From Klebsormidium nitens (taxonomy: Eukaryota > Plantae > Klebsormidiophyceae): DNA of 64,000 nt. A model generated the notes under the pieces. The model did not search any database and was not told where the DNA came from. It worked only from the letters and a program-made list of their open reading frames with translations. Where the stretch lies: contig DF237092.1 in NCBI GenBank assembly GCA_000708835.1, positions 23,365 through 87,364 of the forward strand. The letters run 5' to 3'. The translations under genes were made by a program, and so were the position numbers. Numbering within the stretch: the first letter of the stretch is position 1; every line of letters starts with the position of its first letter. Positions 37,033-49,959 of the stretch are shown in pieces.

Positions 37033-38963
37033 GTGAGTCGGCTGCATAAATTTTTTGTTAGTTTTCGTGGTTGGGTTTGGTTCGTGACATGACCAATCAC
37101 GGTTGAGGACATTGCATTTTTTCCATCCCTGATTATTCCAGGTCTCTACTGAAGTTGACTCTGGTCGATCTGTGTATTCCATCATTGTATTCAGCCGAAG
37201 TTGATTTCTGAAAGATCAAGTCCCATCATGATCTTTGTCCGTGTTTCAAATGGAGGGTTATTGTTGCCTTTGTTGCTCACGGTGGCTGAGGAAAGTTTGC
37301 CGCTTCTCCAAGTAACTTGCGTATCGTTTTTTATAAGAGTATCTCAGCGAGGCGCTGCCTTGCAGAGGGCTTCGACTCTGAAGGTCGACGTTTGACGATT
37401 GGAACATCTCGTAGACAATAATATGAGATTGGAATTTGCAGGTACCGGGACTTAATGTGATTGCGTGATTATAGTACGTCGGTGGCCAAGTCCAAGGGCG
37501 CAGTTGCTGCCACCTTTAAGCAGGAGAACGGTCATGTAGTAGAGCTAGATGTTCGTCATTGACGGGCTATCAATGAGAATACCGCCTTTTAACTTGCTAG
37601 ATCCACGTATTGGTCTAGGTGAAAAGTAGTGGTCAGCACTGCTGCTTCATATACGTGGCCGGATGTGGCATGATCTTTTTCCAAATGTGACGCACGGTGG
37701 CAATCTGCACGTTGTTCTTTCCACAAAACTCTTTCTTTCAGCATGCCAAATCGCATGTACATGCATGCCAAAGTCGCTTGTTGTGAGCTTCGGGTTATGG
37801 CTGACGCCTACTATCGTACTAAGCTTGAAGGCCTTAGTTCAAGCCTGAGTGCCACTCTGGTTGTAAGTGCTGCGGGCCAGGCTGTTGCACCCGCATCATC
37901 TATTCATCACAGTCACGTCCGGCACAGCATGACCAATCTCGAGGCGGTAGCTGACCGATACGACGGCGAGCTGAGCCTGGTCCGTATATTACTCCCATAA
38001 GTTTGACCAGATTACGTCAGAACAAAGAGCAGGACGTTATAATTGAATTTTAATTGAACAGGCTTTGAAGATTTCATACTGCTTATGGCGTTGCCAGGCT
38101 GCCGCCACTAGCTATATTCCAGACCCACCACGTTTCCCCCGCTTATTAACCATCGTCTGGCAATGGGGATCGGGGCAAAAATTGGATTGATTCGCTGTCA
38201 CACCGGCCGTATGCCCATCAGTACATAGGGCGCGAAAACCTGACTCATGGCTTTTGCCCGGCGGGGCCCGGGGGAAAAATCCTTACGAGCCTATAGCTCG
38301 GAGGTCGGTGAATTAACATCATTGCTTCTTCTTCCCAGTCAGAATCTGCCAGTCGAAAATAGCTCCATGACTTTTCAAGTAGCTCCAAGTTTGAAGGCGA
38401 TCCGAAACTCTGAAGCTCGATCTGAAGCTTCAAGAACTGAGTGGGTCTTCCCCGGGAAATTCGGAACCGTCTGAAGTGGGCGGCCGCGCCCTGCAGTGCC
38501 CGGCCCGGCCACTGACTGTCCGAACTGTCACTCTGTAACCGTCCGATCGGGGTGCGATCTGGAAAGGAAGATCATCCGACGGTTCGATTTCATCGAATTG
38601 ACGGGAACCAGATTGCGCGCGCGCCACCTGCACTTGTAGGCCGTTAGACTGTCAGTGTAATCATGATTATTGCTCAAAGCCGACTTCCTTGGGGCTTCCT
38701 CCACCGCGCGCCAGCGGCGCTAGGACTAGCGGGCATGGGCAGCAGGATTTGCTCCTGCGGCTACAGTGACCTGCCAGTACTAGTCCTAGTACTCAGACTG
38801 GCATGTAGTCTCCGGACCGCCCAGGCTAGCTTGACATTCGACTTCATCGACTGTCCGCAGAAGCCGGAGACCTGATCAGCCAGCCAGTGACAAATTACTC
38901 ATCATGGATTCGATGTGTAGCAGCCGGACGACGTTCGAGAAACGTGCATCATTAAAACTACTA

Positions 38964-39253
38964 CCGTACCCCCGTGACGCTTGGGCAGATTTTTGCCCAA
39001 TGTGAATTTGCATCCACTTTGCAAATTGGGCACACGATTTTGCCAATTTCTCAACATTTGGAGAATTGGGCAAAGGTTCAAATTTCGCCATTCGGGCTGC
39101 TTCAACGCAGGAAAAGTGGCAAAAAAGGCTGGTAAAAGGGGCAAAAAAGTTTTCTGAATTTTGTCAAATTTGGGCAGAATCTGACCAAGAATCTCAAAAT
39201 TTTGGGCAGATCCAGAAATGTTTATTTTCTGCCCAAGCGTCACGGGGGTACGG
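38964..39253. mobile_element. MITE with perfect 26-bp terminal inverted repeats
   Basis: CCGTACCCCCGTGACGCTTGGGCAGA ... TCTGCCCAAGCGTCACGGGGGTACGG, with a non-coding interior rich in TTTGGGCA/GCAAA. Confidence 0.85.
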
Positions 39254-39854
39254 GCTTCTGTCAAGTCGTGCTGGCTGTGCTCCGTCAAGTACCGACTCCG
39301 GCTGCAAGATTCAAGACCATAAATACCCAATATAGTGCATTTCTGACCGCAAGTTTACGTCGCAGTTAGCGCTTAACTACAACCCAGCTGTACAGCTGTA
39401 AGTACTAGCCCCGTCCGTTGATCTCCGTGCCCGTGTTTTACGGTGCCAGGGCCGCTTATCATATCTATAGAAATCCACTTAACTATACTTTTAACATAAA
39501 ACCTTCGGACACTTGGAACTTGGACAATGCACATGACTTGACCATCAGCATACTCGATCTGATGATCACTTCAAGTTAAGTGCGCCACCTGTAGCATTGC
39601 TTTGAGTCCGGCCGTGATCAAACTCTAATCACTGACGTCATCATCAACGTCAATGCGGGCGGCATGAGTTTCGTTAATATTGCGCGCACAGATACACATG
39701 CAAGGTGCCTCAAACCAGTCTAATCAGATGGTCCTGCCAACAGATTGAACGAATGTGAAGTTCCCCAGAAACGTAAAGGCCGCAAGAGTCGGCTTCGGCA
39801 TTCGGACGACGGTCAACCTTCCGCCCGAGCTCACCCAATGAGAATCTTTCAGTT

Positions 39855-40026
39855 CAGCGATAGTAAGCTTTAGCAGTAGTAAGCTTAACCAACCTTGGGA
39901 CGGGTAGGGGTAGTTTGGGGGTTAAACTGAGTTCGAGTACGGAGTGGGTGTATATTGGGTGACTTTGTGGGTTAGATTGTTCGTGTTTGTGTAGGAGCTT
40001 ACTAGTGCTAGAGCTTACTATTGCTG
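39855..40026. repeat. Short foldback with ~31-bp imperfect inverted arms
   Basis: CAGCGATAGTAAGCTTTAGCAGTAGTAAGCT pairs with AGCTTACTAGTGCTAGAGCTTACTATTGCTG. No target-site duplication seen. Confidence 0.65.
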
Positions 40027-40595
40027 CGTCAAAGAGACATTTCACTCAATGAAGTCCCTCTGGAGGCTAATCATGCCGGCCCTCCGCCTTCGGTAGACGA
40101 CACAGAAACATCCTTAGTTGGGTAACTGTCAATTCCGAGGCGGCTAACTTACTCGAGTCTTTGAACCTGACGACTTACTAGGTCTTTGCGAGCAACCTGC
40201 CACTTTTAGATAGAAAGGAGAGCTTAAAAGTTAGTCGAAATTTGTTAACGCTGTACGTATCTCAGGCTTGACTAACTTAATCGTCTTACTTTTTAAGCGT
40301 CTCTCAGTATCTAAAACTGGCAGGATGCTTGAACTGAGCGCTGTAGAAATCATGCTAAACAACAGTACGAATCTGCTGACCGGCCGGGAAGTTGAGGCCT
40401 GCTAAGGGAGTGCACGACCCATTGATTCATTGACAGGCCGGTCCGCAAACCACTTTTGCTACGTTAGCTCGGAGCGTGCTGCATTCTAGAAAGTAGAAAA
40501 CTACCTTCGAACTTCTGGGAGGAACGCTGATTTGAGAGAGTTGCAACCATCTCTACCTACCTCTGGCAAGGAAGTTCGATTCGTGACGTTCTGAA

Positions 40596-41768
40596 ATGGC
40601 GACCATTCAAAGGCCGGCGCCCCGAGACGACGGCTCGGCTGACGCAGCACGCGAGGGGATCCCCCAACATAAGCCCCCGCAGGAGACGCCTGCTTATACA
40701 GAGAAAGATCTCAACGACGAAGTCTGTGGGAAGTTCGTAGACGCGGCGATCGACGCTTTCTTCCGCACGGCGCGCAACAACCCCGCGACTCCGCACATGG
40801 GCGTCGTAGACGTGGCATCCAACCCGTTCCGCATCCTGCAAGAGGAGCCGGAAAGCGCGCGCCTTGCGACACGTGGCGACCTGAGCGACGTGTTCCGCCT
40901 GGAGTCCGCGGCCGCGCTGTGGGCGCGCGCGGGGCGGCTGATCGATACGCGCGCCAAGTGGGGCTTCGTGACACGTGTCGGGGTCCCGCGTCTCAGTCCT
41001 CCCACGGGGGCCGACATCCGAGCGCTCGTCGAGCTGGAAAGGGCGGTACGATATCAGTTTGCGCCGACGCTTATGGTGATTGACAGAACCGGAATCTGGG
41101 TTGTGCGGGCTGACGGAAAGACGCGCGTGCGGACGGGCGCGTCGACTGCAGTCAGCGCATTTTTCTTCGACAACGCTGCTCAAAAGTATGGTCACAGCGT
41201 CAGACCGTATCTAGCGAAGGTGGCAGAGTCGCCTGAATTTCGCGTCATACGCGCTCCCATCGTGTTGGAAGAGAAGATCGCGATTCTAGCCGCGTTCGAG
41301 ACGGATCCAGTCTCCTCGCCCCTGAAAGAGGTGGAGACGAAGATTCGTAAGATTGAAGCGTCGCTCGCAGCCCACAAAGTCTATCTGCAAAACCAAAGCG
41401 GTGTGTCAGAGGGGAGCTCTCCTGCCGTGCGCTCGCGGCACCTCCGACTTTCGGACGATATAGACGCAGCCATGTCGGAGCTGAAGCAAATCGGACGGTG
41501 CCACGTCGGCGCTCCTTTGGTGACGGAGCTTTCTGCCCTGTTGACGGGAGTCCTCTCGGACCTCGAAGAATGTTGGGAAGACTTCACGCGCAGACGTCAG
41601 GAGTATTACGCGGCCGGACGTCAGCAGAGACGAGGGGTAAACCCGTATACAGTGACGTCATCGAGTCACGAATTTTTCAGCGAGTGGCTTTCGGCCCAAA
41701 AGACGTCAGCAGGTCGGGACCGCGAGGACGAGCGGATGCGGGAGGGGCGTATCCGGAATCATGCCTAG
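40596..41768 (+). CDS. Intronless 390-aa orphan protein of unknown function, probably carried by a repeated (mobile or viral) element
   Basis: An uninterrupted 1173-nt ATG-to-TAG frame, CpG-rich, in a window where most long genes are spliced. No motif recognised. A decayed homolog lies at 22030-22925. Confidence 0.75.
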   Translation: MATIQRPAPRDDGSADAAREGIPQHKPPQETPAYTEKDLNDEVCGKFVDAAIDAFFRTARNNPATPHMGVVDVASNPFRILQEEPESARLATRGDLSDVFRLESAAALWARAGRLIDTRAKWGFVTRVGVPRLSPPTGADIRALVELERAVRYQFAPTLMVIDRTGIWVVRADGKTRVRTGASTAVSAFFFDNAAQKYGHSVRPYLAKVAESPEFRVIRAPIVLEEKIAILAAFETDPVSSPLKEVETKIRKIEASLAAHKVYLQNQSGVSEGSSPAVRSRHLRLSDDIDAAMSELKQIGRCHVGAPLVTELSALLTGVLSDLEECWEDFTRRRQEYYAAGRQQRRGVNPYTVTSSSHEFFSEWLSAQKTSAGRDREDERMREGRIRNHA

Positions 41769-43354
41769 CGTACAGTAATTAAGGTATGCGCGCATCTCTG
41801 GTTTTATAGCTCTCCAGTTCTACTTTTCCGTTCGCTACTTCTCTGGTCATCTAGTTTTCAATTCTCGCCGTCTAAAATGAGCCAAAATTGAGCGTCGAAG
41901 TAACATGTATGAATCAGGGCAAGTCGAGTCAGGTAGTCAGTCTTCATATCGGCTTGAGTATGCATACTGCATGCTCGATTTCCTTGAAAGACCCAAGTTT
42001 CCAGCATTTGACCGATATGGAGACAACCGCTGCACTGTTCAGCCCTCAAAACGTTATCTTTTCGGAAGCAAATCGGTCTGATTCCTCTGGTTCTTCTTCG
42101 TGGCCTTCGCCGAGGGCAACAAGAATCGAACCGAGGAAACCTTCAACCAAGATGTACGTAGGCATTGAAAATTGCGGTGCAGCTGGATGGAAGGCCTTTC
42201 CTTGATCGAAGATCGATTGCTTTTGCCTCGAAACGCTATTGAAAACCGATCCTTTTTTCAATATTGCGTGACTACTGTGGACGACCGCTTCAATCTGATT
42301 AGCGTGTACGTACCTTGCTTTCTTGGCTGTTGACAGGAGAGCGAGTGACGGCGATCGAATGCGAAGTGGCCAGTGGTATTGACGAAGGCTGGCACGGAAG
42401 TTGCGGAGGTCTAGTATATTGAGCAATGGTAAAAGAAGACACAGTGTATTCCGGTCACTAGGGATCTGGCGGGCTCCCACAAAGCCTTCACTGCAATAAA
42501 AGTTCAGGTTTTCCCCACGGCGAGAATCTGTGCGCCAACCTTACCACAGCCTGGACTCTTTCTTCAGCATGCCGATTGCGGATTGTACATGCGTGCCAGA
42601 GTTGCTTAATTCATGCATGCAGGCTTGAGGCTTGGTGGGCCATCAAGTTTAGACTATGTTGGATTGGCTGTCGGACGCCTACTACCTTAAGTAATTAGCA
42701 CTGCCTCAGAGTCAGCCTTGGCTCAGGCCTGAGCCGCCGCTATTTGTCAGAAACATCCATCTGTTAATCTGTTTTCGCGAGTGTCATGACTGTGCATGCC
42801 ATAGTTGCCATGTTGCGCTTGTTCATCCATTTTAGTGTTGATGCACGACGGTTTCGAGCGACTTTCTTGCGCTGAGAAACTCCATAAGGACGCAACTGCA
42901 CTGATTTGGAAGTTCACTACTTCGCTGATTACTAAGATTATGAAGACTAACCATGGGCCCGCACTGAGGAATGACCACTGCAACTGGTTATAGCTGCCAG
43001 GCGTGTCGAACTGAGTGGCCGCGCATTTGTAAGTGTGCATCTGATAGTTGCTTATAGGCCACATTTATCTTCTGCACATATGCAACCCTCTCGATCGCTT
43101 TGGCTTGAGAGATCGACAGAGTCCGCGGCATGCAGCTCGCGGCTACCGCCACAGCAATGAACCGTGCCCGCCCGGCGGGCGGCCATCAGTCACGGCACCA
43201 TCATCTCGCAAGCCTGAAAAAACACATGGCCCGGACCACAGATACGCGTGATCAGTTTATCATATTATAGTACGCATACACCAACCTAGGTTCGCTGATC
43301 TGGTAGTAGGAGAGGGTCACCGACATGCTGCCCGCTGAACGAAGCCGCTGTTCC

Positions 43355-46300
43355 TTACGAAAGCAGACCAACCGCATACAGCAGGTCGGACAACGTCTTC
43401 TGGTAGAAGTCCCAGCTCCTGCGGACCTCGCAGTTGTCCGCGCACTGCGCCGTGTAACGCGGGCTCAGGGGACACGTGGCGTGCGCACAGCCGCATAGCG
43501 GCGGAACCTGGATACCCGCCGCCGCAGCCTGCTCCGACAGTCTGGCGAGCATGGCGCTGGACAATCTGGGACGAACCAAAGAGGAGCCGATGAGTCAGAT
43601 TCGATAACAATAGAGAAGCTCACATTTTCATCTGCGGTCCTCAAACCCAAGGAAACGCTTCAGTCGACTGATTATCAAAATAAAGAAGGACGTGACATAT
43701 AGGCACTTCACCGTACTTGGAAAAGATGTGTGCCTGCGAGTGCCTGTAAAAAGCTGGACCGAAATTGAGAGCGGGACACTCAAGCCCTTTCGGTCCTTGC
43801 AGAATCTACGAAAGGCCGGGTCAAGGCTTCCAGGGCGATCGGAGACATCGAAAGTCCTCGAGCTGAAGGATTCACCAGAGCACGCTTATAAAGCACCCAC
43901 ATTTTTGAAAAAGAAAAGAAAAGGAGAAAGAAAGAAGGAGAGACGAAGGTGGATATCGCGTGAACCCGGCTGCGCGCCACGTTCGACGTGGGAAATGATG
44001 GAATGGGGGTCTCGATGTGCACTTCAGATCCGGAAAGTTACACACGAGAAAACTGCAGGTTGATCTGTGCACTGACAGAACTTGGTGATCCTCACCTTTC
44101 GTTTTCCAGCTCTCGAACCGCACGTTCCGCCCGTTCGGCTTCCGCTCGAGCCCGTCTCTGCTCTTCTGCCGTTTGCCGCGACTGAAGGAGTCTCCGTTCC
44201 TGTTGAGAGAACGGTTTCGAAACGGTCAGAAAGGACGAAGGAGAGGAAATGGTTTACTATATGGCATCCGCGGTGAGGTCAACTTAGTATCCATGGAAAT
44301 TTTTTAAAGATCTTTTTATTTAATCTTTAATTTAATCTATTTATTTGATCTTTAATCTTTTATTTAAAGAGTTTTTTAAAAGATATCCATGGAAATCTTT
44401 TAAAGCGCAAACAAATCAGGATTAAAAGTATCTATGGCTTTATTTTAGATTATAGCGACAGCCGCTGTAGCCGCTGTTTAACCACGTTCTGACCAACGGA
44501 GAATCAACGCGAAAAGCTTCTAAATCCCGGACAAGCGTTTGAGTAAATCTGAGATGGCTAGCAGAAAACGTCTCAGTTTTTGGTCTCACAGGCACAAAGT
44601 TTGGCCGTTATCCCAAATGAATGACATGTCACTTGGGTTGTGAGAGCAGTTCGCCAAAGCAACCCTTGAGGGAATATACCATCTTCAATTGGGTCGAAGG
44701 CTCTGATTTAAGACAGTGCTCACCTCTGCCTCGTCCACTCGCCGCTCCGCCGCTAGCCTCGCCTCTCTCTCCAGCTGCCGTTCGTGATCAATCTGGGCTT
44801 TCCTGCAGATGAAGAAAGGCAAGGTCTGGTTCTGTTGAATCAACACCATCAGGATTCCGAGGCTTTAGGTATCGAAGTGTTGAGAAAGCAGGCCGACAGC
44901 ATCTTGCGCCCGAATGGTGTTCAAGGCGGATCACAGAAATCGGTTCGCATTTTTCGCTTCCCCTAAAGCGTATCGAACTGAAGGATGGCACGGTGCGGGC
45001 TGGCAAACGCCCTTGCCGTCAATTGCAGACTGATGGTTCTGCCAAAGCAGCGTCCGCATTAGTCCTCATCCAACGATCCAGTCGACCCCAGGCATTCGAT
45101 GGTTCTCAGGTTGGCTTTGTTAGTGCTGCCAAACGTAACCTTAACTGAAGCAGGTCTCTTGCCGCGCAGTACAAAGTTCCTGGAAACGTGGCTGGGAACC
45201 ATTCGCCAAATCCATTTATCGGTCATGCGCTTATTTGTCGAGAGAATTGAGACTCATCTAGATTGCCTCTCTGCTCCTCGTGCTTTCGCGGTCTCCGGAA
45301 ATGTGTTGTGCGCTTCTTCAGTGATCCGGAAATCTTTGCCGCTCTTCATTGACGGAAACGAAAAACATGCTGAGATGATCTATATTTCATCCGAGTGCTT
45401 GGTGAATGCCGCTTTTCATTCAAGGAAACGAAAATGTTAAACCCCGGAACATTTTTTACCTCCGCTCCTCCGCTTGCTGCTGTTTTCGAGCCCAGCCCTT
45501 TCCTTGCTGCCGCTCCCAATCTGAATACGACCGCCAAACCGCTGCAAAGAACTGCCCGCCCTGTAGGGACAGTCAGATCAGAACCTCAGTGCTCAGTACA
45601 TTCATAACTCTGGAATTCAGCCCTGATACAGGTAATACTCTTCTTACGTTGGTCCGTCAGAACTGTGCTGCTTTCGGAGGAGGGGCAACCGTAGCCAAGT
45701 CTTGTAGCTTCACTGAGCCCCTGATGAATGAAGCACACGTGGAGCACGAGATGTGGGGTCATATTTGGAAACGACGCCTCGCAAGGTCCAATGCATTAGC
45801 AAGGAGCCCGCTGTTCTTGATTGATGCTGGGGACGCCTGTAAGACCTCCAATCAATCTGTAACAAAGCTTTTGGCGCTGGCCAAGTGTAACCCCCCTCGG
45901 GGGGTCGACCCAGGCGCTCTTGACCCTCAATCGAGACTTTGTTCTAAAAGTATCTCAAAAGCCAGGCCGGTTATATGGAAGCTATACGGAGGTTTACGCG
46001 TGTACTCCTCACCATCCCGTGCTCGTCAAACACCTCGCGCTTGCGCACACCACCCCTGACTCGTTCTTGACCCATCTGCTCCTGTGCGTCATCCCCGCGT
46101 GCCGTGACGTCAGCCTCGCTCGCTGTGACGTCAGCCCCTCCTGGACTCTCCCCCGAGAAATGCAGCACTGATAGATCATTTTGAAGGCTGAGATCCTCTC
46201 TCTCGCTGTCCCGCCCATCGGTTGCTACCCCCGACAAGCTGCATGACGTCACCACCGGGTTGCTGCTCCAGTCATCTGAAGGCGACACCAAGCTCTCCAC

Positions 46301-48438
46301 CCCATTCGCCTTTTCAGACGACCTCACTACACCTTGAGAGGGACATGAACGGTCTACTGACTGCTCTGCGTCCGTTTCTGATTGAGCTTCTCTTTGGAAG
46401 AATCGTGAATCTCGATGCCCGACCAACCAGCCGCCCTCATCCGAAGCCGTGCTGTGCTCCAGAGACAGGACTCCCAGATCCGACCCGACTTCGTTAACCA
46501 GACTCCCAACTTCGGACTGCCCCTGTGCTTTCACACCCCTCAGGTCGTCTGATGTGAATGCCCCCGAGCTGGAGATTGGACTAAGCACAACGTCTAGGTG
46601 AGGGGCTCCTACCGCTGTATTCTCGAAAGCATGCTCTACCTTCTGTCGCAGAACTTCTGTTTCGTGAGGACTTCGGCTCCTAACAATGGGGTGAGGAACG
46701 ACGGATCTAGGAAGCGGGTTCTGCGAGAAGGATAGAGTGTCGTCTTGAGCACCTGACTTGGTCGTCTGCCTAGTATCTGCCGTTGATCCTGTATCTCGAA
46801 AGCTGCTTCTAAATTCTGTTTCAAGCCTCGCTTCTAGACTGGTTTCCTGGCTATATCCACTAGGAGGTCCAACTTCATTGTCCTGGCGAACGTTGTGTGT
46901 CTCGCTTGTGTCTGATTGACCACGAGCCCCAGTCTGTGCTAGCTCTTCCGTTTTCCCTCGCAGCCACAAGCGCGCTCTTTCAGCGACCGCCGCGCTTGCC
47001 TCAACTACTTGCAACCGCTTCTCCAGCATCCGCTCAATCTGCGCTAGATGATCTTGTCTTCGTTCCGCTTCTCGACTTCCCTTTAGTGCCACTTGGCCGC
47101 TCGCTTTGTCGTCTCTCTCCACAGAATGAGTTCGATCTAGTTGTCCTGGCTTGGTCTCTGCTTTTGGATGTTCTGCTCGTGCTTGGGGTTTGACAGGATT
47201 GACAACTATTCCTGCTGCTGATAGAACCGGCGCTTCTTTCTGCATAGCTGCGTGCCGTTCTTTGGCTAGCCGAGCCAGGCGGACTCGCAGGCTCTCCTCT
47301 GCTGCTTGCTTGTGCGCAGCCTTGGTTGCTTTGCGGGATGCAACGACTTCCCTTTCCTTGTGAGCCAGGACCTGAAAGCAGATGCGATTTACTTTGTCAA
47401 CCAGCCATAGTGCATCAAAAATGGACTTAAAAAGCTTGGTTTTCGAAAATCGCATGGCCTACCCTTTTGTCACATGTTTTACCAGCTGTGTGTGAATACC
47501 AGTTGGCCAACGAAAATCGAGGTACATTGAGAACAAGAAGATACGCAAGATGTATCAACCAGGAGTGTTTCTGTTTGTCACCTCCAGGTAACCAGTCAGA
47601 GAATTGATAAGGCCAATCTAACAACTTCTATAATGACAGTATTGGAATTGCTTGTCAATACGTGCACTGACTTCATGAATCGCACACCATGCTTAGCTTG
47701 CGACAGTATCTTCAAACCAGAACAAGCATCAGGTTGTTTACTCTTAGTGAGCAGAACACTACCACAAGTGGGCCGGAGCTGAGTGAATCAAAAGTTCCGC
47801 CCTGGTTAGCCAGCCTGTAAGGCACCGAAAGGAAAGCGGTGCGACAAACGTGTCCGTCTATGCAGAACAAGGAAACTGCTGTCTTGGCAGACTCCAAGCT
47901 CAATGCTTACATTTGCATCCTCTTCTTGCAGAGGGCCTTCTCCATATGCGAAGCTGACCGGGGCAGCCTGAATGTGGCGATGGGAGTGAACTTTCTTCCT
48001 GTAAAGATAACCACCAAAGCAGTCAAGAGGCAATTGCACTTTGCAACAAACAAATGAGCTAAAGTTGCGGCAGTCAATTTGCATCAAGCGGCCGTTTGTT
48101 TCTGTCTATCTCGTCAGTGCAGGTGCTTTGTATGGTGCACAAAAGGTGCCATGACTTTCATGATAATGAAAAGCTCCAAACCGCCCCAAAAGTGGGAGTC
48201 TGTCCTCTGAGTCAGGTCGACGGAACCTCAAACAGGCCAACACAACGTTTTAGGTCAAGCAGCCTGCCTTATTCAGAATCAGAGTGGCATTACACCTTTT
48301 GGCAGCAAAACGTTTTATTATGAGGGAGAATGCTCACCAATTGGAGGGAGAATGATACTCTAGCTGGATGTCCCTCGGCAGCTGCAAGGGCAGCGAGATC
48401 TGCGCATCCAGCCAGCTTGCTGAGGGCGCTTTGTCCAT
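43355..48438 (-). CDS. CCDC15: CCDC15-like coiled-coil centriolar protein
   Basis: Last exon 43565-43355 reads LSSAMLARLSEQAAAAGIQVPPLCGC..CADNC..YQKTLSDLL, resembling the CCDC15 C-terminal LPPLCxC..CANNC motif as recalled from memory. Coiled-coil exons lie at 44802-44724 and 44181-44096, and a large exon at 47371-46013. Putative 5' exons are 48438-48338 and 47998-47911. At least one exon between 46012 and 44803 is unresolved. Confidence 0.6.
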
Positions 48439-49959
48439 GACGAATGTATGACGCTTCCAATACGAGCTACTTCTTAGAGATCTCAGCTGCTTAATAGTGG
48501 CAGCTACATCACAAATGTGCTCGTGTATATCCTACTTGGAACGACTGCTTACTACAGTAGCTGTAAAGCTCAAGGAGAGAGTGTAGTAGAAAAAAATGGT
48601 TTGGATCTATTGTGCATGACATGGGGCACCTAATGGTGGCTACGACTTGCAGAAGAGCTTCATGCGCATCCGTCTGCGACCAAGATCTCTGAGCTGAGTG
48701 CGGGCCTTTTGCTTATTTTCTATCACACGAACGTTCTGCACTTTGTTGTCCCTGATCCAGCGTTTTGCCGTCGAAACAAACACGCACCCAAATGCAGCAA
48801 ACTGGCCTCAAATTTCAAAAGCGAACTTGGTTTTTCTTGTGCCAACACCTCCTTCAACTAGAGGGACCCTCCAATTGCCTCTGAGTCCAGCACTGCGGTG
48901 CAGCACCCTTGCCCCTGCCCTTGCCGAGAAAAGAGTTGCTGTGATCACCTAAGCTCAGCTCGCTTTGGAGCCAAGCGAGCTGAGCAGAAAGAGCCTAGCT
49001 GATGTCAATAGGTATTATATTGAATAGGTATTATGCGAGGTCCCGTAGTTTCGGAGGCAAATCGACGGTCAAGCCTACAAATCGAAACGTAAGGGGGAAC
49101 TTTCAACCGTCCAATGGCAATGGCAAAAGAGGGCAGCTTTCCGACGTTGATCAGTACGTGGCCTGGCCGTACCACTAGTACCAGCATGTTGAGGTTGAAT
49201 GCTCGTCGACGTCAGGTTGGCGCCCCAGCGCGACCAGGCTACTATAGCTGCGCCTTCACTGTCAGAGCTCTAGAGCTGACAGTGGCACAAGGTGGGAGAC
49301 GTCTTTAGCGGGAAGAGGAGACGGGCGCTAGCTTCAAGTTCTGAGAGCTGGGACTCGTGGTGAGCGTCAAAGTCCAGAACCTTGACCATGGGCCTTGCTC
49401 GACGAAGTGCAAGAGCGCTTACGCATTGGCTACTTCGATGTCCAATCAGCCAAGCAGCGCAAGCAATCAAAACATTCAAAGTTGCCAGGATACTGTAGTT
49501 TGCTGAATCTCTTATGTCCGACATTTGCTGACTCAGCTCTAAATCTTCCAGTTCAGCCGGAATGCAAGGACATTCATGGGGCCGGCCATGCGACGTTCCT
49601 TTGCTTATTTTTGGCCTCCAACATTTGACAGCATTGAGAAGAGACCGACGTTAGGCAGTAGCTAGGTTAGAAGAGCTCAGGCACAGGGCAGCTCGACTAC
49701 AATCTGCGTCACAACCAACAAATCTGTGGTTGTGAAGCATTTCGAGTTTGGGTTTGCTCCCACTTAATCATCCCAAGTAGCCACCAAGTAGCATCTTCCA
49801 TCCCAGCGGTCTTGTGTGAGTCCAATGGTTTATGACTCCTCAAAGCAGACCGCCTGATGCACGATTCTCAATTGTGCAGAGCTTAAGCGACAAGCTCTTC
49901 ACAAGCATCCAAGGTATACTGTGCGGTAAGCGGTCTTTAAAGTAAAACCTCCGCGCACA

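Noticed and set aside
23230-38260. Possible shared element between ~23230-23300 and ~38150-38260 (GGCAAAAAT..GATTGA)
   Set aside because: Similarity is too short and patchy to call by eye.
40490-41850. Inverted repeats flanking the orphan ORF (AAAGTAGAA / TTCTACTTT)
   Set aside because: Only ~9 bp match, which is expected by chance.
42720-42735. Perfect 16-bp palindrome GGCTCAGGCCTGAGCC as a Helitron 3' hairpin for the orphan element
   Set aside because: No CTRR terminus at the expected distance and no 5' TC end identified.
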